This document shows positions 36,721-48,345 of a stretch of DNA of 64,000 nucleotides, one piece after another. This stretch comes from Chrysemys picta bellii. Its lineage: Eukaryota. Numbering within the stretch: position 1 is the stretch's first letter; each line of letters starts with the position of its first letter. Location of the stretch: positions 12,338,001 to 12,402,000 of the forward strand of contig NC_088812.1 in assembly GCF_011386835.1 (NCBI RefSeq), written 5' to 3'. The notes under the pieces are model-generated. The model was not told the origin of the DNA. It saw only the letters and a program-made list of their open reading frames with translations, and made no database searches. Made by a program: the position numbers and the translations under genes.

Positions 36721-37939
36721 GGTGGAGCGGGGGTCTGGAAGGGAGGCAGAGATAGATGGCACCCCGGATCCCCCTACACCTTCCCACAGGCCAAGAGAGA
36801 CCAGAGCCCACCAGAAGGGGAAAAGGAAAGTCCAGTGGTTAGAGGGCAGGACTGGGGGAGCAGGGCTCCCAGGTCCATGGGGAAGGGAAGCGGGGCTAGC
36901 AGGAGAGCAAGGGGCTAGGAGCCAGTTCTGTGCCTGATCCGCTGCATGACTTTGGACAAGTCCTGTCTCCAGGCCTCAGTTTCCCCTCCGAAATGGGGAG
37001 AGATGAGCCTTGTCTCCCCCTCTCATGGAGTTGCAGGGCAGGCTGGAGTGGGGCCAGGACCACCACCCGGCATCGTGGTGCCAAAGGGGTTAACAAAACC
37101 CGGCTCAGAATAGCGGGTCTAAAGCAGCAGCCGGGGAGTTGCTCTGAGACGGGGGAGCCGCCTGCCAGCCGGGGCAGGGCTCACCCCAGCTCCAAAGGTT
37201 TCTGTGAGAGGCACATGCCAAAATTAACCCAAACTGCTACCAGATGTGACAGAGGCCAGGCCAGGCCGAGTGCCAGAGGGCAGGGGAACGCCACAGGGAC
37301 TCTGGCCCGGCCTGGGGCCATGCCATGGGGCCGTGGATCGACCCACGGGGACTCTGGCCCGGCCTGGGGCCGTGAATTGTCCCATGGGGCCGTGGATCAA
37401 CCCACGGGGACTCTGGCCCGGCCTGGGGACGAACCATGGGGCTGTGGCTCGAGCCACAGGGCTCCGGCCCGGCTCACTCCCCCACGCAGTTTCCTTCTGG
37501 GGGATGCTGCCTTTGGTGCCAGGGCAGAGCACTGGGCCAAGCTGGCAGCGTGTGGGGGAGGGGAAGGAGACTGGGGCAATTCCCCCGGCCCCTCCTGTTG
37601 CCGCCCCGGCCCCCCTCGCTGGCTTGGAGGGGGCGAGGCGGCTGGTGGGGAACAGCCCTGGCAGGGGTCGGCTGGGAGACCGCCCCCCCACCGGTGCTAT
37701 GGGCCTGCCCCATCAGAGCCCTGGGCTCCCGGGGGGGGGGGCAGCCCCCTCCCCCTGGGCCATACAGGGCCAGCAGCGCATACAGCTCCCTGGCCCGGGC
37801 CCCACAGAGACCCCGACCCCTCCCCTCCCCTCCAGGGGCGACCCCACCCTGCCTGAGTCAGGCGCCCACCCGGCCCCACATTAACCCCTTCAGTGCCGAA
37901 CAGCATCCCAGGCAGGAGCCCAGCGGCAGCAGCCCCCCC

Positions 37940-38160
37940 CCCCCCCCCCAGCCTGTCAGCTCCCCCCCAGCCTGGGACCTGCCCCCCCAGCCTGTCAGCT
38001 CCCCCCCCCCAGCCTGTGACCTGCCCCCCCCCAAGCCTGGGACCTGCCCCCCCCAGCCTGGGACCTGCCCCCCCCAAGCCTGGGACCTGCCCCCCCCAGC
38101 CTGTCAGCTCCCCCCCCCAGCCTGGGACCTGCCCCCCCAGCCTGGGACCTGCCCCCCCAG
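37940..38160. repeat. ~21-bp C-rich tandem repeat
   Basis: ccccccagcctgggacctgccc / ccccccagcctgtcagctccc units. Confidence 0.8.
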
Positions 38161-39250
38161 GCAATCCGGGCCCCCCTCGCGTGCAGCATCGTGCCGCTCC
38201 CCCCGGCCCCCCCGTACCCGCCGGGCTCAGGGATGCTGCGGCCGCTCGCGGGCGCTGACGGATCACGGGTGGGATCGTCCCGACACCCCCGCGAGGGGCG
38301 GGTCCCCGCCCGGCCATGTGACGCCGCGGGGTTAACCCCTTCGGGGCCGGGCTGCCCCACATCCCCCCGCCCCCCGCCCCAGGGGCTTGGGCGTCGAGCC
38401 CGGGAGTTCCCGGGTTTGGATCGGAGCCTCCGCTCCAGGCCCTGGCCGTGCCCCCCGCCCCGCTAGTCACAGGGGTTATCGCTGGGGAAATCGAGGCACG
38501 GGGGTGGGGGGGTCCGGCCAGTCAGCGCAGAGCCAGGAATAGAACCCAGGAGTCCTGAGTCCAGCCTCCCTCCCTCCCAGGACCCCCCGCCAGGGCCGGG
38601 AATAGAACCCAGGAGTCCGGGGTCCCCCTCGCCCCCGCCAGAGCTGGGAATAGAACCCAGGAGTCCGGGGTCCCGCCCCTCTCCCGCGAGAGCTGGGAAC
38701 AGAACCCAGGAGTCCGGGATCCCGCCCCTCCCCCGCCAGAGCTGGGAACAGAACCCAGGAGTCCGGGGTCCCGCCCCTCCCCCGCCAGAGCTGGGAACAG
38801 AACCCAGGAGTCCGGGGTCCCGCCCCTCCCCCGCCAGAGCTGGGAACAGAACCCAGGAGTCCGGGGTCCCGCCCCTCCCCCGCCAGAGCTGGGAACAGAA
38901 CCCAGGAGTCCGGGGTCCCGCCCCTCCCCCGCCAGAGCTGGGAACAGAACCCAGGAGTCCGGGGTCCGCCCCTCCCCCGCCCCATTCGCAGGGTCCGGAC
39001 CCTGCCCTCCCCGGGGCCCGGGGCTGGTCGGAGCCGGGAGCGGGGCAGAGTTGGGCCGGATCGGGCCCGCCCGGTAAGACCCCGTTTCTAACCTGCCAAG
39101 ACCCGAATTTCGGGTTCTGGGTTTCCCAGGCAACCGCTGGTGACATCAGCACGGCAGAACCGGGCCCACTCTCAGGCCTTGGTGATGTCATCAGCCGTTG
39201 CCATGGTGAAACAGCGAGCTCTGAACTCAGGTCCTGACAGGTCAGTAAAA
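38150..39250 (-). promoter_or_regulatory. Probable CpG-rich promoter region of the INPP1-like gene
   Basis: CpG-rich segment 1.4-2.5 kb upstream of the ATG-bearing exon (acceptor at 36735), with GC boxes, CATGTGAC 38315-38322 and X-box-like motifs at 39121-39134 and 39197-39212. The TSS cannot be determined from sequence. Confidence 0.5.
38535..38980. repeat. 49-bp tandem repeat (~9 copies)
   Basis: The unit gagctgggaacagaacccaggagtccggggtcccgcccctcccccgcca; the central copies are identical. Confidence 0.92.
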
Positions 39251-40034
39251 GAGGAACTGATTTTCCCGCTCTCAGATTATTCTGACACCTGGCACTTTAC
39301 ACACCTTCACGAACAAGACCCCGGGACCGCCCCCCCCCCCCCGCGCTCAACAGGGGAAACTGAGGCAGGGAGGGGGGAGACTTCAGCCTGGCCACACAGC
39401 AAGGCTGGCATAGCCGGGGATGGAACCCAGGAGTCCTGACCCAGCCCCACCCCCGCTCTAACCACTAAGCTGCCCCCAAAGACCCTCCCTCTGCCCCCAG
39501 ACACGCCTCAGCCCCTTGCCCCAGACAGGCAGGGGAGGCCCAGCCTCGCCCTGGGGCCTGCTCCCTTCCTGCAGGGGGTCTGGGCCGGATCCCTGGGCCT
39601 GGGGGGCTTCTCGCCGCCCCCGGGGGGATCAGGCGCCTGGAGCGGGGTCCAGCAGCACTGGAGGGAAGGGAGCTGAGCCCAGAAACGGTCTCACGGGAGC
39701 TGCCTTCGGGGCCAGTGCTGGGACGCAGGGGCCCAAGGGAAGCAGGAGTTTTACGGAGAATCAGAAATCCAGGGGCCGCAGGGCCCAGCCCCATCGCAGG
39801 AGCAGTTCCCGGGGCCCGGTGCCTTATGCTGCGTTGGGTGTTTTATCCTCGCCCCGTGATGGCCAATGGCTCCGGAACGCCCCTTCCTTTGAGGGCCACG
39901 GCCCTGCAAGCCCCGGCTCGGGGCGTGGGCCGGTGTGGGGCTGCCGGGGAGACAAGGGGAGGGGGAGCCAGCCACAGCCAGGGAGGGAACCACACTCACT
40001 GCCTTCACTCCATTGTGCCAGGGTACCATGATCC

Positions 40035-41015
40035 CGACCCGCAGCCCCTGCTATGGGCTTCCCCACCCAGCGCTGCCGGTGCCCCTCACTCCCGACCCGC
40101 AGCCCCCTGCTATGGGCCCCCCCGCCCAGTGCTGCCGGTGCCCCTCACTCCCGACCCGCAGCCCCCTGCTATGGGCTCCCCCCGCCCTGCACTGCCGGTG
40201 CCCCTCACTCCCGACCCGCAGCCCCCTGCTATGGGCTCCCCCAACCCAGCGCTGCCCGTGCCCCTCACTCCCGACCCCCAGCCCCCTGCTATGGGCTCCC
40301 CCCGCCCAGTGCTGCCAGTGCCCCTCACTCCCGACCCACAGCCCCCTGCTATGGGCTCCCCCCGCCCAGCGCTGCCGGTGCCCCTCACTCCCGACCCGCA
40401 GCCCCTGCTATGGGCTCCCACCGCCCTGCACTGCCGGTGCCCCTCACTCCTGACCCGCAGCCCCCTGCTATGGGCTCCCACCGCCCTGCACTGCCGGTGC
40501 CCCTCACTCCTGACCCCCAGACCCCGCTATGGGCTCCCCCGCCCAGCGCTGCCGGTGCCCCTCACTCCCGACCCGCAGCCCCCTGCTATGGGCTCCCCCC
40601 GCCCAGCGCTGCCGGTGCCCCTCACTCCCGACCCGCAGCCCCTGCTATGGGCTCCCCCCGCCCAGCGCTGCCGGTGCCCCTCACTCCCGACCCACAGCCC
40701 CCTGCTATGGGCTTCCCCACCCAGCGCTGCCCGTGCCCCTCACTCCCGACCCGCAGCCCCCTGCTATGGGCTCCCCCCGCCCAGCGCTGCCGGTGCCCCT
40801 CACTCCCGACCCGCAGCCCCTGCTATGGGCTCCCCCCGCCCAGCGCTGCCGGTGCCCCTCACTCCCGACCCACAGCCCCCTGCTATGGGCTTCCCCACCC
40901 AGCGCTGCCGGTGTCCCTCACTCCCGACCCGCAGCCCCCTGCTATGGGCTCCCCCCGCCCAGCGCTGCCGGTGTCCCTCACTCCCGACCCGCAGCCCCTG
41001 CTATGGGCTCCCCCA
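40035..41015. repeat. ~60-bp GC-rich minisatellite (reverse orientation of the GGAGTGAGGGGCAC family)
   Basis: The unit cccccgcccagcgctgccggtgcccctcactcccgacccgcagccccctgctatgggct, roughly 16 copies. Confidence 0.92.
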
Positions 41016-41620
41016 GACTCACACCCATACACCCCCCGGGGCTGGGCTAGGCCAGGCCATTAGCTCCCCGCCTGGCTCTGCTGACTCCAGCCGCAGGAGG
41101 CCGGGGATGCTGCACGCTCCGCCTCCACTAGGTGGTGCTCTGAACCCTGCTCTAGACAGAGAAGCGGGGGGGGGGGGGGCCTTGATATCAGTGGTTAGGA
41201 ACTGGGGATCTATTCTGGCACCCAACAGCCCAAGTTGAACCGACCCTGAGTCCACCCAGGCCACAGCAGGTGCTAAAAGCCCCCCCTCCCCCGGAGACTC
41301 AGTGACCACGGACCCAGGGGCCCAGGTTCCAGAGCTCTGGGGCACCCGCGGAAACACCCCGGCACCGACAAACCCGGAGCTGCTTTGGAGACGGGTTCTC
41401 ATTCTTCGTAAGCGGCCCAGAGCCACGTGCTCATGCCCCCAGCGCAGGGCCAGACGAACCGCAGTGCTCAGCTTGGGAGCTGTTTGGGCCAGGGACCGGT
41501 TTCTGGTTCTGTGTTTGTACAGCGCCTGGCGCACTGGGTGCCCGGGCCGGGCCTGGAGCTCCTAGGTAGCACCGCAATGCAAGGGGAATAAGAAGTCACA
41601 GGAACTCAGCTGCGGATGTT

Positions 41621-41688
41621 GGTCCTGCTTTGAGCAGGGGGTTGGACTAGATCCCTCCTGAGGTCCCTTCCAACCCTGATCGTCTATG
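41621..41688 (+). mobile_element. CR1 3' end fragment
   Basis: ggtcctgctttgagcagggggttggactagat...gaggtcccttccaaccctgat...ctatga, the same 3' UTR as the larger CR1 copies. Confidence 0.75.
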
Positions 41689-44098
41689 ATGGACATTTTG
41701 TAATGCCCTGGACAAGTGCCTGCGTTTGAGCTCCTTGCATGGGATTTTAAAACAAAACTTTACGTAGGAAAACAAAGTCGAACAGGTGCCTGAGGCGTCA
41801 CCGGAATTCCGCAGTGGCCTCACTGCCCAGTGGCAAATCCCAGCCACAGAAAAGATAATAACAAACTCCTCCCGCTCAGAGTAGGGGTCTTCCCAACACA
41901 CGTGCGCACCCCCTGCCCCCCAGAACTAGCATCTACATTCAAAAACCAAACGGGGGTAAGCTCTCGCATTCCCAGGCACCACGGCCCCTTCCCGTACAGC
42001 TGGTAACGGACACTCAGACCACGCTCTGGCCTGCTGAATGCCCTTGGACAAGTCACTGCTCTGCTCAGTGCCTCAGTGTCTCCATCTCTACAATGGGGCC
42101 ATGGGCACTGCCCTGCTCCGTAAAGCACTTTGTGACACTATGAGTCACTAGCTCTCTTGGTTGCAGAGAAAAACTGGACACGTGACCAAAGTGGAAACCT
42201 AAAAGCTCAGAAACCAGAAGGGGGGAATAGAGAGAAACCCAAATTAATATTTTTTAAAAACTCATCATTTTTATGCCACTCATGATTTTCGGGGGCCCAG
42301 CCATAGGCCTGGAATGGCTGGGTTGGACTCCCCCCCCCCCCCCGTTTGCACTAAATCCAATTGCAAACTCCCCCACTTTAGTGAAACTGATCCCACTCCA
42401 TGTGCAGACAATCAGCTGCCATGCAACCCCCCCCCTTTACTGCCACCCCCTGGAACTGGCATGACCCCCCCCCTGAACACCAGCTCACCAGCAGCCGCAG
42501 CTAGCTACAAGCGGGGGGGGGGGATGCATGTGGACCTGTACGGCTTTCCTGGGTGTGGGGGGGAGCCTTGCCCGATTCTAACGCAGTGTGGGGAGCTGGG
42601 TGGGGTGAGCTGAGCCCTGCAGCGCCTCCCCCTGGTGGCTTCAGGGCTGGGCGTGGGGTTCAGCCCTGTCTTCCTGCGTGTCACGCTATTGGCGCAGGGG
42701 TTGCTTCGGTGGCTGCAGGGGGCTGGGCAGGCAGCACCATTTCCCGGCCTTTTCCAGTGCCTGGCCTGCCCCGCGAGAGGCTCCTAAGACTGCCCTCCCC
42801 GTGGGGCTCATCGCCCAGTGGGGCAGGTTCTCTGGCCTTTTCGGCACTGATTCAGCTGCTTGGTGACAAGCGCATCAGCAAACGACGCGCCCGACGGACG
42901 GCCGCGGCCCCACGAACGCTGCAGCCCACACATAGCTTTAGGCACATTCTGCAGTATCCCCCCGCTGCTGAAATGCAGCCACCTCTGGTGCAGAGCACGC
43001 CAGCGGTAAGCACAGCACCTCCCAGGCCTGGAGATTCCATGCCCAGCTGGAACTGCGGCAGGGGGAAGGGCAAAATGTAAATGCGTTTGGCCAGGGCACG
43101 AGCGACAACCCTGTACGCTGAGGAAACATGCCAGGGCTCTTTCCCGCCCAGGGGCAGCCAGCGGGTTTAACGATCCAGCCCCAAGCTGGCGACACCCCGG
43201 GACGGCTGCAGTTTAAGGGTGTCCAGGTGAGCTCTCTCTGTGTGGGCTGCATGGAGCAATGGTTAGAGCAACCATGTTCCCTGGGGTGGGGGGCTCCCCT
43301 CCAAAGAGGCGGGCATCAAAACAAACCCTTTCCATGCTTTGATTGTTATCTCCCCGTCTCTGCAGCACAAGCCCCAGGCTGTAGCTACAACTCCTGTCCT
43401 CCCGGACACCCCGGCGCAGTGAGACGCAGCCCACAAATAAACGTCTTTTACAACAACGGACCTAAAACAAAACCTCAGCCCAAAACCCCAAACCAAAACC
43501 AGCCAATCCAACAAGAATCTGGCTGGGACTTTGCTAACGGATAAAGAAACCGACCTGACATATACAGAACTGAAACCAGTCCTTTCACAGTCAAACTCCG
43601 AATAAGGGCATCTGTCCCTTCCTCCCCAGTGTCCCCACGGCCACGTCTCACTGACACTGCACCTGCCTTAGGGCAGGATGGTCCCTCGTATTTGTCTGTA
43701 ACATGTCCCACTCTGTGAGTGATAATTCCATGAAAATCAGCGGTAAAGCCCAGACGAGAACCCCGGAGTCCGGATCCCCCAGGCCCGGATGGCTCAGCCA
43801 TACACACAAGTTCCAAACCAGTCAAGGCTTTTTGAAATGACTTTCTCCTTGCACCTGAGGCTGGGGAGGAGCGGACAGTCACACGCCTTGCCGTGCATCT
43901 CTGCAGGGAAGCCAGTGACCCCAGCCCTGCAGCTCTGCTTTCCCACGCTCTCTCCCACATCCAGGCTCCCCATTCATGGCCTGGGGTTCACTTTTCTGCC
44001 GACGGAGAATCCCACGGAGAGTTGGGATGGCAGAGACCGGGCTGGGGGCAGGCCCGCCTCCAAGCTGCTATCACCCGCGTTCAAGGGTGGCTTCAAAC

Positions 44099-44296
44099 CA
44101 GGGCCGGCTCCAGCATTTCTGCCGCCCCAAGCAAAAAAAAAAAAAAGCCGCGATCGGCGGTGGCAGTTCGGCGGCAGGTCCTTCGCTCCTAGAGGGAATA
44201 AGGGACCTGCCGCCCCCGAATTGCCACAGGTGCCGCCCCTCTCCCTTGGCCGCCCCAAGCACCTGCTTGTTAAGCTGGTGCCTGGAGCCGGCCCGG
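44099..44296. mobile_element. hAT-type MITE with 8-bp TSD
   Basis: TIR CAGGGCCGGCTCCAG; perfect TSD CTTCAAAC (44091-44098 / 44297-44304). Confidence 0.85.
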
Positions 44297-45554
44297 CTTC
44301 AAACAGGAAAGAACTCCAGGCATAAAGCAAAGCTTCCGGCCAGCCGGCGAGAAGAACCGAACCAAAGCAGGTGCTGGGTTTGTGGAAATCTGGCCCAGGA
44401 GTCGATGTGGTTGGCTAATAAACGGCCCCGGCAGCCCGTGTCGCTCCAGGATTGGCTGGGGCCACCAGGAATATTTTAGGGCACCTGCAAGTCCTGACCT
44501 AGCTCTTCCCTTTCCCCTTCCGGAGGTTTCAGGGAGAGTCGTGCTCACGGCTCGACCTCCAGCCCCCACGTCAGGGCTTGGGGTCGCTCACAGGCATGGC
44601 TTCCTTTAGCCTCGCCGCCCCCTGTGAGGGAGGGAGTAGCTCTATTTCCAGCCTACTGGTGGAAAACTGAGGCACGCCGAGGCGCAGGGACCTGGCCCAT
44701 TGGCGCCCCAGACTAGGCCCGAAGCCTCAGGACAGAGCCAGGGATTCCTGCATCCCCAAGGCGCTGGCCGAGCCGCAGCGCAGCGTGTCTCAAAGGACCG
44801 TCTCCGAGTGCGGGAGAACCCGCCGCAGCCCGGCACTGAAAAGAACTGCACCTTATGTGATGCCTCACTTTGCCTTGGAGCCCAGGTGGCCTCACTGGGA
44901 GACCAAGTGCCAGCGCCTCAGGACCCGGCCTTGCACAAAGGAACCGGGCCGCACTCGCCTGCTGCTGGGGGAGGCTGCTCCGTGCGGAGCCTGTTCCCAC
45001 TTTCGCCACGTCCAGTTCTCAGGCCCCTGCATGCAGCCACTGATCCCGGCCCTGCCCTCCCCTGCCCCACAGTCCCGCTCGTGGCCTCCAGCCGCTGCGG
45101 TCTGTCTCCGTCTGGCCACCACACGCTGCTCCTGGTGGCCACCCAGCAGCCGCCTTGCTGACGCGGAGTCCGCTAACGCTGCACCAAGGTCCCGTTCTGC
45201 CTGGCACACCCCTGGCTCCCAAAGACCCGCGGGGACGAGGCTGGTGGGGCTGGCTCATGTGGGGTCCTCATTTCTCAAGCCTTGAGCATGCCTAGGTCTC
45301 CGCATCTGCCCAGCCTGCAGGTTCCTTGCCAAGGCAGGGCCGCGGGTGCAGCACAAGGGACGGGGGCGGGGGGGGGGGGGGGGAATCTGGGGGGCGTTAC
45401 AGGAGATTCCCAGATGTTAGAGCTGGACAAGAGCTTTTGGGGTCAAATCATCCGTCCTTGGCCAGTGCTGGTCTGGGTTCCTGTCTCCAGGCCAGTTGGG
45501 AGTGTCTCAAGAGACAGGACAGAATAGAGTTCAGCATGTCAGCTGATCTAATCT

Positions 45555-46700
45555 GTCCGTCTATCCATCCCCATGCACCCCCCCATCTATCTATCTATCC
45601 CCACACACACCCCATCTATCCATCTCCATGCACCCCCATCTATCTATCTATCCCCCCCCACACCCCATCTATCCATCCCCATGCACCCCTGCATCTAATC
45701 TATCTATCTATCCCCATGCACCCCATCTATCTATCCATCACCATGCACCCCTGCATCTAATCTATCTATCCCCATGCACCCCATCTATCTATCCATCCCC
45801 ATGCACCCCCCCATCTATCTATCTATCCCCCCACACACCCGATCTATCCATCCCCATGCACCCCCATCTATCTATCCATCCCCATACTCCCCATCTATCC
45901 ATCCCCATGCACCCCTGCATCTAATCTATCTATCTATCCCCATGCACCCCATCTATCTATCCATCCCCATGCACCCCCCCATCTATCTATCTATCCCCCC
46001 ACACACCCGATCTATCCATCCCCATGCACCCCATCTATCTATCCATCCCCATACTCCCCATCTATCCATCCCCATGCACCCCCGCATCTATCTATCTATC
46101 CCCACACACACCCCATCTATCCATCTCCATGCACCCCTGCATCTAATCGATCTATCCCCATGCACCCCCATCTATCTATCCATCCATCCATCCCCATACT
46201 CCCCATCTATCCATCCCCATGCACCCCCCATCTATCTATCTACCTATCTATCTATCCCCACACACACCCCATCTATCCATCTCCATGCACCCCTGCATCT
46301 AATCTATCCCCATGCACCCCATCTATCTATCTATCCCCAAGCACCCCCATCTATCTATCCATCCCCATACCCCCCATCTATCCATCCCCATGCACCCCCC
46401 ATCTATCTATATCTAATCTATCTATCTATCCCCACACACACCCCATCTATCCATCTCCATGCACCCCCGCATCTAATCTATCTATCTATTCCCATGCACC
46501 CCATCTATCTATCCATCCCCATACCCCCATCTATCCATCCCCATGCACCCCCCATCTATCTATCCCCCCACACACCCCATCTATCCATCCCCATGCACCC
46601 CCATCTATCTAATCTATCTATCTATCCCCCCACACCCTCTATCTCTCCCCACACCCCTCTATCTATCTATCTACACACACCTCTCTCTCGCTCTCCCCTT
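45555..46700. repeat. (TCTA)n / CCCCATGCAC compound microsatellite-minisatellite
   Basis: Interleaved ctatctat and ccatccccatgcacccc units; the plus strand is very G-poor. Confidence 0.92.
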
Positions 46701-47259
46701 TTATGTTTCTGTCTATGTAGATCCAGCTGCTTGACCCCTGTGCTAAGCCAGTGCAGAGCAAAGGGCTATGCCACCCCCAAGCCAGATGAGGGACCTGGAG
46801 TAAGAACAGCCAGATGCTAACATCTGTCTTATGGGACCGGCTGCCTGAGAAGCAGCCGGGGCAGGGCCTAGGAGGTGAGATGACAGGACAGACCCATCTC
46901 AGCAGGGACGGTCCATTCGGCCAGGCGGGATCTTTCCTGCTGCGGAAGTTCTTTGTGGCTACTGAAACTGGTCACCAGCTCTGCCCCCGGCTCCACAACG
47001 CATCGGCCCGCAGGATGGGTGACGCTGGTGCCAGGCAGCTCAGGGCATTGGGAGCTGAAAGGCAGCTGGGTTGAAGATACGGTAAGGCCTTAGGTCAGAC
47101 AGAGCTTCCCCTCCCTAAGGGCTTAGCAGCCTATGGGACAGGCCCAGGCTCCCTTGGGCAGGCAGAGCCCTCGGGGAGACCAGGCTGAGCGAGGACTTGG
47201 CCCCAGATTCATTCCACCCAGCACTGAAATGCCAGATGGCTGCACACCATGGGATATTT

Positions 47260-48345
47260 TCACAGAATCTCAGGGTGGGAAGGGACCTCAGGGGGTATCT
47301 AGTCCAGCCCCCTGCTCAGAGCAGGACCAACCCCAACTAAATCATCCCAGCCAGGGCTTTGTCAAGCCGGGCCTGAAAAACGTCTAAGGATGGAGATTCC
47401 ACCACCTCCCTAGGGAACCCATTCCAGTGCTTCTCCACCCTCCTAGTGAAATAGTGTTTCCTAATATCCAACCTAGACCTCCCCCACTGCAACGTGAGAC
47501 CATTGCTCCTTGTTCTGTCATCTGCCACCACTGAGAACAGCCGAGCTCCATCCTCTTTGGAACCCCCCTTCAGGTAGCTGAGGGTGCTATCAAATCCCCC
47601 CTCACTCTTCTCTTCTGCAGACTAAACAATCCCAGTTCCCTCAGCCTCTCCTCATAAGTCATGTGCTCCAGACCCCTGATCATTTTTGTTGCCCTCTGCT
47701 GGACTCTCTCCAATTTGTCCACATCCCTTCTGCAGTGGGGGGACCAAAACTGGACACAGTACTCCAGATGTGGCCTCACAGTGCCGAATAGAGAGAAATA
47801 ATCACCTCCCTCGATCTGCTGGCAATGCCCCTACTTATACAGCCCAATATGCCATTAGCCTTCTTGGCAACAAGGGCACACTGCTGACTCATATCCAGCT
47901 TCTTGTCCGCTGTAATCCCCAGGTCCTTTTCTGCAGAACTGCTGCCTAGCCATTCGGTCCCTCGTCTGTAACAATGAATGGGATTCTTCCATCCTAAGTG
48001 CAGGACTCTGCCCTTGTCCTTGTTGAACCTCATCAGATTTCTTTTGGCCCAATCCTCCAATTTGTCTAGGTCACTCTGGACCCTATCTCTACCCTCCAGC
48101 GTATCTACTTCTCCCCCCAGCTTAGTGTCATCTGCGAACTTGCTGAGGGTGCAATCCTTCCCATCATCGAGATCATTGATAAAGATGTTGAACAAAACCG
48201 GCCCCAGGACTGACCCTTGGGGCACTCCGCTTGATACCGTCTGCCAACTAGGCATGGAGCCATTGATCACTACCTGGTGAGCCCGACAATCTAGTCAGCT
48301 TTCTAGCCACCTTATCGTCCATTCATCCAATCCATACGTTTTTAA
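47260..48345 (-). mobile_element. CR1 LINE, 5'-truncated, frameshifted
   Basis: ORFs 47776-48270 ([20 protein letters not shown]...KFADDTKL), 47570-47779 and 47337-47531 are consecutive CR1 ORF2 pieces. Confidence 0.93.

Noticed and set aside
39715-41238. 507-aa and 336-aa repetitive ORFs
   Set aside because: Stop-free reading of a ~60-bp minisatellite; no domain or splice structure.
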